NCBI GenBank assembly: GCA_035559435.1
Contig: DATMBC010000017.1
Coordinates: forward strand, 11,848-75,847
Length of the DNA: 64,000 nucleotides
Source: a bacterium
Lineage (GTDB): Bacteria > Zixibacteria > MSB-5A5 > WJJR01
Direction of reading: 5' to 3'
The notes below the pieces were generated by a model. That model had not been told where the DNA came from. It saw only the letters and a program-made list of their open reading frames with translations, and did no database searches. Below, piece after piece: positions 41,518 to 51,184 of the stretch (its first letter is position 1; each line of letters starts with the position of its first letter). Position numbers and translations under genes: made by a program.

Positions 41518-42380
41518 AGGCCTCTACGAAACACAACCATACGGGCCAGAACAATACCCAGCCAATAAAGGTTCAGCCCGACCGCGATCGCCGGCAGAAA
41601 CCAGAAGGGATGTTGACCCGCAACGAAGAGAATCAGGACAAAGGCCTGCGTGCCGAAGCAGAGGGCCGAATTGGCCACCATGAAGCCGCGATGCCCGTAC
41701 CAGCGCTCCGCGGACGCGTCGGGAATTCCCAGCCGGTGGCGCAGCCGGCGATCAAAAGCGGCCAACAGCCGGTCCTGCCAGCCAAACCAGAGATCATAGA
41801 TACGGGCCATCCACGCGACCGGCCCCTGGCCCGTCTCTGCCCGTTCATCGAGACGGCTGGTCAGGCGCGCGCCCGCCAGGCGGATATAGTGCAATTGATG
41901 GAAATTGAAGTACGAGCATTGCAGGAAAAGCGACACCCAGGCAACGATCCCCCAGATCACCGCGGCACGACCGGACAAACCCACATCCGGCGCGCGCCAG
42001 GCCGCCGCCGCAATCCAGGCGGTAAAGACAACGCCGTCGCCGATGGTGTCGAGGAATCGTCCCAGTCGATGGCCGGTGCCGGTCAGACGCGCCAGCGCCC
42101 CATCGCAGGCGTCGAAGAGGTCTTTGAGATGAACCAGAATCGCGGCCACAACAAACATCGGCAGCGCACGCGCGCCGGCGATCAGGGCCGCGGCGGCCAG
42201 GCCGGAGACGATCGAGGCGAGCGTGACCAGCTCATGACGGACCCGCAGATGGTAGAAGACGCGGATCGCCCACCGGTAGTAGGGGATCCAGAGCACGCTG
42301 ATGTTGCAATACCGCCAGCCCCGCGGCAGTTTGTGGATGGCGTCCCAATCGATGGCAGTGGTTGTGCGCGTCCGATTCAC
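41514..42380 (-). CDS. CDP-alcohol phosphatidyltransferase family membrane protein
   Basis: D-x2-D-G-x2-AR motif (DACDGALAR) within a polytopic membrane protein. Start placed at the GTG that overlaps the VanZ stop (GTGA at 42377-42380). The track ORF extends to 42680. Confidence 0.7.
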   Translation of the reverse strand: MNRTRTTTAIDWDAIHKLPRGWRYCNISVLWIPYYRWAIRVFYHLRVRHELVTLASIVSGLAAAALIAGARALPMFVVAAILVHLKDLFDACDGALARLTGTGHRLGRFLDTIGDGVVFTAWIAAAAWRAPDVGLSGRAAVIWGIVAWVSLFLQCSYFNFHQLHYIRLAGARLTSRLDERAETGQGPVAWMARIYDLWFGWQDRLLAAFDRRLRHRLGIPDASAERWYGHRGFMVANSALCFGTQAFVLILFVAGQHPFWFLPAIAVGLNLYWLGIVLARMVVFRRGL

Positions 42381-42754
42381 TTGGGCGATCGTCGCCAGAG
42401 GATCAGTCCCACGGCAAACCCGAACAGGATGCCCAGACTGTCGGCGGTCCAGTCGAGGAAACTGGCCTCGCGCCGGGGGATCCAGAGTTGATGCAGTTCG
42501 TCGACGGCGGCAAACAGCAGCAGAAACAGGACGGGCCGCCACTGGGTTTTCCAGGCGCGCCACCCGCCCGCCCGCGCCCAGCCCCCGGCGACCAGACAGG
42601 CAAACACCGCATACTGGGCAAAGTGCGCGAACTTGTCGGTCCAATCGATGCCCAGATCGGGCAGCCGGATGCTCGGCCATGAAGAGACCGTCGACACCAA
42701 CACCGCGTAGAGAACCGACAGGATGCGAAATGCCGTGATGGCGCGCGGTTTCAT
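42377..42754 (-). CDS. VanZ-like family membrane protein
   Basis: About 125 aa with four hydrophobic helices. The pattern including LWIPRREASFLDW is typical of VanZ-like proteins. Start taken at the MKPRAIT ATG. Confidence 0.6.
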   Translation of the reverse strand: MKPRAITAFRILSVLYAVLVSTVSSWPSIRLPDLGIDWTDKFAHFAQYAVFACLVAGGWARAGGWRAWKTQWRPVLFLLLFAAVDELHQLWIPRREASFLDWTADSLGILFGFAVGLILWRRSPK

Positions 42755-42869
42755 GGGGATGTGAGCGGGAAGTAAGGTAGCCAATCGGCGCGGCGGCGGC
42801 AAGCGGCGGCCGGGATGGTTGCCGAGGGTGTTGGTTCGTACCCGGTGATCATCTACATTGTTCCCCGTC

Positions 42870-45296
42870 ATGCGCCGCGTCCGCTTCCACCATCTGCCTG
42901 CGCGCCCGCTTCGAGGACTCTGGCTGGCGACGCTGACCATGCTGGTATGGACCGCGACGGGAGCGACTCAGCCCCTCGATCTGCTGCAACCACACTCCCC
43001 GCTCTCCGGCCGCGATGATTCATCCGGCCCGCGGGTGGCGTTGGCGCTGGCCGGCGGGGGCGCGCGCGGGATCGCGCACATCGGCGTTCTGCGCGCCCTG
43101 GAAGAACGGGGGATCGCCGTAGACCTCATCTGCGGCGTCTCGATGGGCGCCATCATCGGCGGCCTGTACGCCTCCGGGATCAGCACCGACTCCCTCGAAG
43201 CGCTGGTGCATCGCGTCGATTGGGATCGGCTGCTGCAGAACACCCCGTCGCGGGCCCAACTGCTGCTCTCACAGAAAGACGAGAGCGCCGAGTGGTTCTT
43301 CAGTCTGCCTCTGCGGGGGCTTGAACCGGTCTGGCCCACCGGCGCCACGTCGGGGCAGGGACTCTACAATTATCTGATCTCGCTGACCCAGCGCGCCACC
43401 TACCTGTCGCAATCGGATTTCGACCATTTGCCGACGCGATTCCGCGCGGTGGCCACCGACCTGATCACCGGAGAACGCGTGGTGCTTGCGCGCGGCGGCC
43501 TGGCCGCGGCCTTGCGCGCGTCGATGGCCTTTCCCCTGGCCGTCTCGCCGTTGCGTCTGGATGGCTACCTGCTGGCCGACGGCGGGTTGATCGATCCGCT
43601 GCCGGTCATTCTGGCCGATTCGCTGTCCGACTGCCCGGTGGTGGCGGTCAACACCGCCTCGGGCATGGCGCCGGCCGATAAGCTCGATGATCCCTACGCG
43701 CTGGCCAATCAGGCCACGACCGTCATGACGCATGAGCGGTTGGCGCGCGCCTGGGCAGCCGCCGACTACCGCTGCGCACCGATCGGCGATGAGCTAAGCA
43801 ACGTCGATTTCGATCGGGTCGATTCGCTCCTCGCCCTCGGATACCGTGCCGGCCGCGTGTTGGCCGACGAGATCCACGCCCGGTCCGAGCGACTGCCGCT
43901 GGTGGCGATCGCGGGGGCCGAGCCGATTCGTTACCGGGTCGACACGGTGATCCTCGCCGGCCACAGCGTCATTGCCGATTCGGTCCTGCGCGCGGCGCTG
44001 GCGCTGCGGCCCAGTCAACGGTACACGGCCGCCGAATTGCGGGCGGCGATCCGCCGTCTGGAATCGGCCTACACCGCGCGCGATTTCTCGCTGGCCGCCG
44101 TCACGCATGCCGCGCTCGACAGCGCGGGCGCGCTGGCGGTCACCATTGACGAGGCGCGTTTGGCCGGCATCAAACTCGACGGCAACCGCACGGTCAAAAG
44201 CTGGGTCATCCTGCGCAGTTTCCCGCTGAAGATCGGCACGCCGTTCAATGCCGCGCGGATGGCGCGCGGCCTGGCCGACATGCACGCCACCGGGCTGTTC
44301 GAGCAGGTCACCAGCGAGGTCGTCCATTCCCCCAACGGTCCGGTGGTGCATCTGACGGTGACGGAAAAGTCGACCGACGCATTGCGCCTGGGGTTGCATC
44401 ACAACCTCGAGTACCAGACCGAGGGGTTCATCCAATGGGCGAAGACCAATCTGTTCGGGCTGGGCAACGAACTGACCGCGCATGCGCAGTACGCGCCGCG
44501 CCGAACGCTCTATTTCGCGCGGCTTAAATCGGACCGGATTTTCCGCACCTATCTGACCGCCTCGCTGCGGGTGTACCACCACAAGCACGAGCGCTTTCCC
44601 TATCGCGACCACGAACGTCTGCCGTCATTCATCACGACGCGCGATGGGGTCGAGTTCTCGATCGGCCAGAACATCTCGCGTTTCGCGCAGATGTCGCTTC
44701 TGGTCGGCGCCGAGAACATCGATCACGAGATCGACTCGGTCGAGACCGAGTACCGCCATTCGCGGATTGCGGCGGTGGCGCGCCTGGACGATCTCGATCA
44801 TGCCGAATTCCCCACGCGCGGCCGGCGGTTGAGGGCGCAGTTGAGTTGGGGGGATGACTTCTTCGACGGCGACCTGGTCTACCGCGCCTTCACTGCCGAC
44901 GGCGAGTGGTTCCATTCGCCGGGCAAACGGCTCACGCTGTCGATTGGCGCGCGCTTTGGCTCCGCCGACCGGGTCCTGCCGATGTTCGAGCGCTTCTCGC
45001 TGGGAGGACGCCGATCCTTCATGGGACTGGCCGATGACGAGTTGCTCGGCGACCGTCTCGTGGCCGGCTCGTTGGGGGCGCGCTACCAGTTCCTGTCAAT
45101 CGGCTATGCGACGGGGCGCGTCGATCTGGGCAACGCCTGGTCCAAAGGCAGCGACATCGATTTCTGGGGCGCCTTGCGCGCGGGGGTCGGAGTCGGACTG
45201 CTGTTTGAGACGCCGCTGGGGCCGTTGGCGCTCGCCTATGGCCTGGCCGACCGCGGGTACACGAAGTTCTATTTCAGCTGGGGGCACGACTTCTGA
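42870..45296 (+). CDS. Patatin-like phospholipase fused to POTRA/Omp85 (D15 surface antigen) beta-barrel; PlpD-like type Vd secreted protein
   Basis: Signal peptide. GGGARG and GVSMG patatin motifs with DGG. Long C-terminal beta-barrel ending ...YFSWGHDF (aromatic C-terminus). Confidence 0.8.
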   Translation: MRRVRFHHLPARPLRGLWLATLTMLVWTATGATQPLDLLQPHSPLSGRDDSSGPRVALALAGGGARGIAHIGVLRALEERGIAVDLICGVSMGAIIGGLYASGISTDSLEALVHRVDWDRLLQNTPSRAQLLLSQKDESAEWFFSLPLRGLEPVWPTGATSGQGLYNYLISLTQRATYLSQSDFDHLPTRFRAVATDLITGERVVLARGGLAAALRASMAFPLAVSPLRLDGYLLADGGLIDPLPVILADSLSDCPVVAVNTASGMAPADKLDDPYALANQATTVMTHERLARAWAAADYRCAPIGDELSNVDFDRVDSLLALGYRAGRVLADEIHARSERLPLVAIAGAEPIRYRVDTVILAGHSVIADSVLRAALALRPSQRYTAAELRAAIRRLESAYTARDFSLAAVTHAALDSAGALAVTIDEARLAGIKLDGNRTVKSWVILRSFPLKIGTPFNAARMARGLADMHATGLFEQVTSEVVHSPNGPVVHLTVTEKSTDALRLGLHHNLEYQTEGFIQWAKTNLFGLGNELTAHAQYAPRRTLYFARLKSDRIFRTYLTASLRVYHHKHERFPYRDHERLPSFITTRDGVEFSIGQNISRFAQMSLLVGAENIDHEIDSVETEYRHSRIAAVARLDDLDHAEFPTRGRRLRAQLSWGDDFFDGDLVYRAFTADGEWFHSPGKRLTLSIGARFGSADRVLPMFERFSLGGRRSFMGLADDELLGDRLVAGSLGARYQFLSIGYATGRVDLGNAWSKGSDIDFWGALRAGVGVGLLFETPLGPLALAYGLADRGYTKFYFSWGHDF

Positions 45297-45432
45297 CAAA
45301 TCCGCGGCCATCCGCCGGGATTCTCTCCAGCGCCCGTAACAACCCCGTCTATTTGGTGACTATAGTATTGAAGGATTGGATCGGACCAATCCTGGGAGCA
45401 CGGCGAAGGAATTGGGGCCTGGGCCGTGACAC

Positions 45433-45475
45433 ATGGCGCGGTGGTGCAGTGATGCATCGCCGCGCCATTTTTTCT
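45433..45475 (+). terminator. Rho-independent terminator downstream of the PlpD-like gene
   Basis: atggcgcgg ...loop... ccgcgccat stem followed by TTTTTTCT. Confidence 0.7.
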
Positions 45476-45756
45476 GAGGGGCGTCAAAACCGGAGCTTTT
45501 TCACAAGATTTCACTAAAGTCCGAACGTGGGACTTGCCGACGTGTGTAATAGGTGGAAGAAGAGTGGTGATTAAAGAATTTTTGGCCCTGCATCACTTTT
45601 TCTGTTGCGCCCGGATGTGAAGAGGGTTAATTCCCGCTACTCGCCCGACTGCGGATCGGGCGGAACCTACGGAATGACAGTAAATTAGGGCAGGGACTTC
45701 AAGAAATTGCCTCAACAAGCGGGTTGAAGGCGCTCAAACAAGGGGGGTTAACACCA

Positions 45757-45876
45757 TGCAGGGATTCTGGACAGCTTTCTGGGCCATTGTGCCGCCTGTA
45801 GCCTTGTTGGTCATGGCGTTTGTGCAGTTCTTTCGCCGTGATTTTTCTGAGCGACTCACCGAGGAACACCGCTCGT
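45757..45876 (+). CDS. Candidate small hydrophobic peptide (39 aa) in a non-coding island
   Basis: MQGFWTAFWAIVPPVALLVMAFVQFFRRDFSERLTEEHRS. Preceded by aaggggggtt. Weak support. Confidence 0.25.
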
Positions 45877-46177
45877 AACGATTCAGACAACTGTATAATT
45901 GGAGTTGCGGGCACGTCTGCCGATAAGTATGGTGTGACGTGTCCGTCGACGTTTGCGCCGGACCGCATGCCGACAAGTCGATGTGGCATAATTGCTTACG
46001 CCAAGAGATCGGTGGGGCGGCAAATTGATCGCAAACTGAATTGGTCTTGTTTCGTTTAGTCTTTTGAGGCAACCTGTGGTGGTGAGAACGCCCACCATAC
46101 TTTCGACACATCCCGCTTGGGCCGTTGTTGGCCTGGGCGGGACTTTCACTATAGATCTCCCCTCAAAGGAGGGAGCC

Positions 46178-46429
46178 ATGACCACCGCCCCGCGGTGCGA
46201 GGCGTGCGGCATGCCGATGTCACGGCCGTCACAGCACGGCAACGGCAATTCCGGCGGCCGTCTCTGCATCTACTGCACCGATCCGGCGGGCAACCTGAAG
46301 CCCCGTAGTGAGATTCGGGAGGGAATGATCCAGTACACGATGAAGCTGGAAAGCTGGACCCGCGAGAAAGCCGAGCAGGAAGTCGACCGTCAGATGTCGT
46401 ATCTCCCCGCCTGGCAGAATGTGGGATAG
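46178..46429 (+). CDS. Small zinc-ribbon (CxxC ... CxxC) domain protein, 83 aa
   Basis: AAAGGAGGGAG RBS. MTTAPRCEACGMPMSRPSQHGNGNSGGRLCIYCTDPAGN... with two Cys pairs. The track ORF starts at 46064 but the RBS supports 46178. Confidence 0.65.
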   Translation: MTTAPRCEACGMPMSRPSQHGNGNSGGRLCIYCTDPAGNLKPRSEIREGMIQYTMKLESWTREKAEQEVDRQMSYLPAWQNVG

Positions 46430-46469
46430 CTTCGCGCCGTACGGATTCCGCGTTCCCGTAATCTTCGAA

Positions 46470-46502
46470 CCCCCGTCCCGACTGGGACGGGGGTTTTATT
46501 TT
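46470..46502 (+). terminator. Rho-independent terminator after the zinc-ribbon gene
   Basis: ccccgtccc gactg ggacggggg, followed by ttttatttt. Confidence 0.8.
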
Positions 46503-46612
46503 GGGTATCACGACTTCAACTCGCCTGCGCAAGAGGCTTCGATTCGGCAAGAGGCGCATTTTCGGCAGCGTCACGCTGGAATCGGTGCCCCCAATTCCGT
46601 CCTTCTAAACGA

Positions 46613-49111
46613 TTACAGCCCCTTCGGCAGACTATCGGGCACCCAGCCGGTGCCGTCCCACCCACGCACGGCGGCCTGAAGGTCACGGAAGTACTCTGGC
46701 CAGAGCACGTCCGGGAGTTTCCCTTCGCGGACGAGCATCTCCCGCCGGGCCTTATAGGCATCTTCTACATCGACTCGGTTCACTCTCAGCGAATCGTCCA
46801 AGTAGTAGTAGATTTGCCATGACATTTCACGCCCGTCCTCGCCGGGAACTCCCCCTTCCCGCGTGTTCAGACGCATCCCGACGCTCGAAACGTCATAGAT
46901 GCCTCCGTATGAGTTGTAGATACGGTAGCCGTAGACCAGCGTCAGATCGGAAGGGGGAAACAGCATGTAGCGCATCTGATTCCCAGGGATTACCCGCGAC
47001 ATGTCGTACTGCTCGTCCTGGTAGGGCGGCGACACGCCCTCACTGCCACGCGCTTTCAGGACGAATAGAGCGACCGAACGCATGCGGATGTTGTATCCCG
47101 GAAAGACCAGGTCATCGGTGCCGTCGCCGTCGAAATCCCGTGCCAGTCCCTGGGATACGACACCGGCGTTGACATACCATCCCAGCAATTCCCCCTGCGC
47201 CGACCAGATCTTCACATGGAATCGCGACGGGTTCTGTCCGTTGGCGCCGGTGATGATGAGCGGCGCGCCCTGAACTTCCACGATCTGCAACAAGCCGGGC
47301 GTGTAGACTTCCTGGCCCTCGTAATCACCGGGGTATTGGCCAAGAATCCGGGCGTCCAATCGGAAACGCAGCGTGCCATCGTGATTGAAGATGTCGATGC
47401 GCGCCTGATCCTGCGATTCGCGGCCCGTGGAAACATAGAAACCCGCCTCGTTTTTCCCGTCCCGATCCAGGTCGTAAACCACTTTCGGACAGTCATTCTC
47501 AAGTGTGTCCGGAAGGTATACGTGGTCCCACACCACGCGCCCGTAGCGGTTCAGGGCGACGATGCCGTTGCGGCGTTGCTCGAGATTGACAATGTGATCA
47601 TCGATCACTGACCGCAGCCAGGGCCAGACAAGCCAGCCGAGGATCAGGCAAAGAACCGCGAACGCCGGCGCCTGCACTTTCACACTTCGGCCATACTTTG
47701 CCGCGGCAAGGACGGCGTACTCGCCCAGACAGACGCGTTCGGGGAGAAAGATGTAGTGATCCGCGATCAGATCGGCGGCGCGCTCGATGCCGATGATCCG
47801 CAGCCGCCGGGCGGGGTGCTGTAGACGTAGCGTCTCGACCAACGCTTCGGCGGCCGCGCGATTGGCCTCCGGCAGCGCCAGCGCGCTGATCGGCGAGAAG
47901 AAGACGCGCTCGACCTTGCGGGCCAGCGAGGCCTCGCTGATGGCCGCGGCGCGTCCATCCGGCTCGAGCGCGCCGCTGAGCGCGACATCGGCGGATATCA
48001 GGCGTCGCTCACGGTGCAGCGTCCGCGACCAGTGATCGCCAAAGGCGGTGGCCAGACAGGCAAAGCCCAGCGAATCGCCGCCGTAGAGTTCGCGTCCATG
48101 GTCCAGGAATTCGAAATGACCGCGCAGCGGGGAGCCATGGGCCGACGATCGGACACGCGACTCGGGCCCGGATGTCCCGTTGAGGGGTGCTTGGCCGGCA
48201 CGAGTAGATCGGGACGGCGTCGATCGACCCGCGCCCCCCGCGCTGTCGGCAGCGGCTGCGGCCGGTCCGGCTTTCGATGAGCTCCGGCGGGTGAGTTCGC
48301 GCAACGCCGTCAGGGCCGCGTAGGCCCCGGAAATCTGGGTGTCGTCGGCGCCGCGCAACTGATGGGCGAACACCACCTGATCGGCGCCGTTGTCCCCGGC
48401 GATCGACTCGATGGCTCCGCGCAGGCGCCGGAGCCGTCCGCGCACCGGGCGCATCAGGCCATCGTATTCGATCAGCGCGCAGAGCGCTTCGTTGGCCACG
48501 GCGCTTTCGCGATCGGCCTGCCACCGGGCATCAAACCGCACCAGCCAGTCCATCAGCGTATGGCGCGCCTCCGCGCTCCCGACCGACGCGCGCGGCTCCT
48601 CTGAGTGGGCGATCGCCAGCGCGTCGATCAGCCCCTGGGGCAGTTCGAGCGCGTCATCGCAGATGACCGTGGGCGGTTCCTCGCCCATGTCGGCACCGTA
48701 GGGGGTGCGGCGAAGCGCCGCCCAGGCCCGTCCCGCCTCGCCGACATACATCCAGCCACGCGCCGCCATTTCCCAGACCGTGTCCGCGGTCATTGCGGGC
48801 ACCAGATGGCGGGACACTGCCTCGAGGAATGCGGCGATCTCTTCCAATTCGGCAGGCAGCAGGTCCTGGAGATCGGGCGCGACCGCCAGCAGAGTGGGCA
48901 GGTCTTCGCGCCAGTAACTCTCGTACGAAGGATCGCCGAGGGCGGCATGGCGCGGCAACCAGAAACGGGCGGCGGCCAGAAGCCGGGCGTCGGCAAACGG
49001 CGTCGTCATGGCCAGTTGGCGATAGGCCTGGTAGTCGCGGGCAAACGCCAGCGGGGAGTGCGATGACGACGATTGCGGCATGCGGGAAAGATACGCTGGA
49101 TTCGCGGTCAA
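46613..49111 (-). CDS. 832-aa transmembrane protein: cytoplasmic N-terminal region with a Lon-protease-like (S16) Ser-Lys segment, one TM helix, periplasmic FG-GAP/VCBS-like beta-propeller region
   Basis: GGDSLGFACLATAF...ISADVALSGAL...EASLARKVERVFFSP aligns by eye to Lon KDGPSAGIAMATAL...KDVAMTGEI...GGLKEKLLAA (candidate Ser347/Lys399). TM at about 481-499 (AFAVLCLILGWLVWPWL). C-terminal DLDRDGKNE and DFDGDGTDDLVF Ca-binding FG-GAP-like loops. ATGA overlap with the upstream anti-sigma gene. Confidence 0.5.
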   Translation of the reverse strand: MTANPAYLSRMPQSSSSHSPLAFARDYQAYRQLAMTTPFADARLLAAARFWLPRHAALGDPSYESYWREDLPTLLAVAPDLQDLLPAELEEIAAFLEAVSRHLVPAMTADTVWEMAARGWMYVGEAGRAWAALRRTPYGADMGEEPPTVICDDALELPQGLIDALAIAHSEEPRASVGSAEARHTLMDWLVRFDARWQADRESAVANEALCALIEYDGLMRPVRGRLRRLRGAIESIAGDNGADQVVFAHQLRGADDTQISGAYAALTALRELTRRSSSKAGPAAAAADSAGGAGRSTPSRSTRAGQAPLNGTSGPESRVRSSAHGSPLRGHFEFLDHGRELYGGDSLGFACLATAFGDHWSRTLHRERRLISADVALSGALEPDGRAAAISEASLARKVERVFFSPISALALPEANRAAAEALVETLRLQHPARRLRIIGIERAADLIADHYIFLPERVCLGEYAVLAAAKYGRSVKVQAPAFAVLCLILGWLVWPWLRSVIDDHIVNLEQRRNGIVALNRYGRVVWDHVYLPDTLENDCPKVVYDLDRDGKNEAGFYVSTGRESQDQARIDIFNHDGTLRFRLDARILGQYPGDYEGQEVYTPGLLQIVEVQGAPLIITGANGQNPSRFHVKIWSAQGELLGWYVNAGVVSQGLARDFDGDGTDDLVFPGYNIRMRSVALFVLKARGSEGVSPPYQDEQYDMSRVIPGNQMRYMLFPPSDLTLVYGYRIYNSYGGIYDVSSVGMRLNTREGGVPGEDGREMSWQIYYYLDDSLRVNRVDVEDAYKARREMLVREGKLPDVLWPEYFRDLQAAVRGWDGTGWVPDSLPKGL

Positions 49112-49962
49112 ATCACAAACAGGCGAATTTCGATGGGTTCGTCGCCGACGACCTGAGTCGAGACCGGTTCGTGCCGGGAGGAGGACTCGCCGACACGCCA
49201 GTGGCCGCCCATCTGACTGACCACAATGCGCACGTGCGCAAATTCGGTCTGGCCGCCGATCTCAAGCGGCCGGATCTGCAAGGTGACGCCATCGCCCGCA
49301 TCGCGCAGGATCGCCTCCACACGGTTGCCGTCGGGGCTTTCCAGCACTTGCCCTGCACCCTCGGCGGATCGGTTCCACCAGTCCAGCGGCGAGAGCGTGA
49401 AGGTCGCATCGGGGAGACGGACCTGCCAATGGATCCCGACGGGGTCGCCCTCCAGCCCGCCGCTGACTTCGGCGATGCCGCGCTCATCGGTGAGGAAATC
49501 CCGGTCCGGATTGTCCAGATGAATGTACACATGGCGCGCATGCGCAGTGTCGGCGCCGGACAGATGGAGGATGTCGCGGTGGCCGTGCGGGTCATGCATG
49601 ACGCGCAGGACCAATTCGGGATGTTCGGAGTAGAGCGTGGCGCGATGGGTCCAGCCGGGTCCCACGGCCGCGTTGCCGTCGGCGGCCAGCGCCATGGGCG
49701 TCGCCGGTGTCGTCGCGATGGCCAGGGGCGCCAGCGCGACATGCCGCGGCACAGACCTCAGGGTTTGCAAAAGCAAGCGCGCAAACGGCGGCAACGGGAC
49801 TGGCGCGGCCACCGGCGCGGCGAGCCATTCTTCGATGATCGCCAGCTCGTCGGCGCAATGCGGGCAGGCGGCCAGATGCGCGGTCAATTCGGGCACTCCC
49901 GCGCGGCCATCCGGAGTCAGACGGGCATATCGAACCAGATCGTAGTCGCTTGGATGCGTCAT
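49108..49962 (-). CDS. Anti-sigma factor with N-terminal zf-HC2 zinc-finger motif
   Basis: LTAHLAACPHCADELAIIEEWL contains the H-x3-C-x2-C anti-sigma zinc-finger signature. 284 aa with a beta-rich C-terminal domain. Confidence 0.65.
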   Translation of the reverse strand: MTHPSDYDLVRYARLTPDGRAGVPELTAHLAACPHCADELAIIEEWLAAPVAAPVPLPPFARLLLQTLRSVPRHVALAPLAIATTPATPMALAADGNAAVGPGWTHRATLYSEHPELVLRVMHDPHGHRDILHLSGADTAHARHVYIHLDNPDRDFLTDERGIAEVSGGLEGDPVGIHWQVRLPDATFTLSPLDWWNRSAEGAGQVLESPDGNRVEAILRDAGDGVTLQIRPLEIGGQTEFAHVRIVVSQMGGHWRVGESSSRHEPVSTQVVGDEPIEIRLFVI

Positions 49963-50034
49963 CTATCCACTGTCCCCGCGATAAAAATAGCCGCCAAACG
50001 GCCCTCCTGTGGCCGTCCGGCGTGTTCCACTGGA

Positions 50035-51069
50035 TCAGTCATCGCGCCGACCGGATTCCATGCGCTCGCTCACCTGCTGCTTGCATTTCTTCACCAGCGT
50101 GTCCCAGATATACTTGAAGCGGCTGGCGTACAATTCGTTAGAAACATCCCCCAGTTCTTCCCGCAAATAGACCGGCAACAGGTCGTGGCTGCCATGCTCG
50201 ACCCAGTCGGCGGTCAGGTTGTGCATGGCCTGAACGAAGGCCGCGTGCTCGGCGTCGGTCAGGCCCTGACGCTGGGCCAGACGGGGCAATTCCGCCTCCA
50301 GCAGATCCGCGGCAACCGCCGCCACGATGACGCGGAAACGGCGGCGCAGATACTCGGTCTGGGCGTCAAGCTGCGGCGGGTCCGGTCGGTATTCCGGCTC
50401 TGCCAGCACATCGTCCAGTCCGTGGGCCAGCGCATACACGGTCAGCGAATTGCGCCAGTTCCGGCTCTGGTCCAGACAGGCGAAGATCACACGGCAGTAC
50501 TCGGGGATGTTGCGCTTGTCGCGGACGGCTTCGTACGCCCACTGCCGAAGCGCGGTGCGATCGGCGCAGGGCGCATGGTCGCGCGGGCCATCCTTCGCCG
50601 GCCGCCAGCGCCACTCCGGCTGGCTGTGGCCGTTGAGCATTGCGAATTCATCCGGCGCGCTGATCAGCGCGCGGCGCACGCCGCGCAGGATCTGTGTCCA
50701 CGAAGGGTCGCATGTCACGTCGATGCGCGGGATCCGCTGACGCACCTGCCCGCAGATGATGGCGCTGAATCGGTCGCTGAGTTCCTTGTCGGGGACGTCG
50801 CGGTAGGGTGACAAGTAACTCGCCAATTTGGGAACACCCGTGCGGGGGTCGGGCGCGAGCATTTCGGCCACGCAATCGATCGCCAGGTCGCCGAGCGCAT
50901 CCTCGCCGCCGAATTCGGACAGCGGCAGGGGGCGCCGGTTTCGGAGGACACTCAGATAGGCTCGGGCCTCATTGGTGGCCAGCATGAAGACCGCCTCGAC
51001 CAGCACAGGGTCCGACGCGGACCTGAGGAATCGGCGGAGAAGTTCGGCAATCGGTTGCGGATCACGCAT
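50035..51069 (-). CDS. Hypothetical 344-aa protein upstream of the anti-sigma factor (no recognisable sigma-70 regions)
   Basis: Long intact ORF in a consistent operon position. No motif recognised. It occupies the slot where a cognate sigma factor would normally sit. Confidence 0.4.
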   Translation of the reverse strand: MRDPQPIAELLRRFLRSASDPVLVEAVFMLATNEARAYLSVLRNRRPLPLSEFGGEDALGDLAIDCVAEMLAPDPRTGVPKLASYLSPYRDVPDKELSDRFSAIICGQVRQRIPRIDVTCDPSWTQILRGVRRALISAPDEFAMLNGHSQPEWRWRPAKDGPRDHAPCADRTALRQWAYEAVRDKRNIPEYCRVIFACLDQSRNWRNSLTVYALAHGLDDVLAEPEYRPDPPQLDAQTEYLRRRFRVIVAAVAADLLEAELPRLAQRQGLTDAEHAAFVQAMHNLTADWVEHGSHDLLPVYLREELGDVSNELYASRFKYIWDTLVKKCKQQVSERMESGRRDD

Positions 51070-51184
51070 GGCACAGCGACCGCGGAAAGCACGTGATTGG
51101 TTACAGCGACCTGAATAAACAAAACGGACCGGGTTGGGGACAACCCCAAACTCGGCCCGTGTGACAGACTTGCGGGTGCGGCGG

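Noticed and set aside
45699-46269. Four overlapping 80-130-aa ORFs on both strands in the lower-GC island
   Set aside because: Mutually overlapping, no RBS, Cys/His/Arg-rich junk translations. Only the RBS-supported 83-aa zinc-ribbon frame (46178-46429) was retained.
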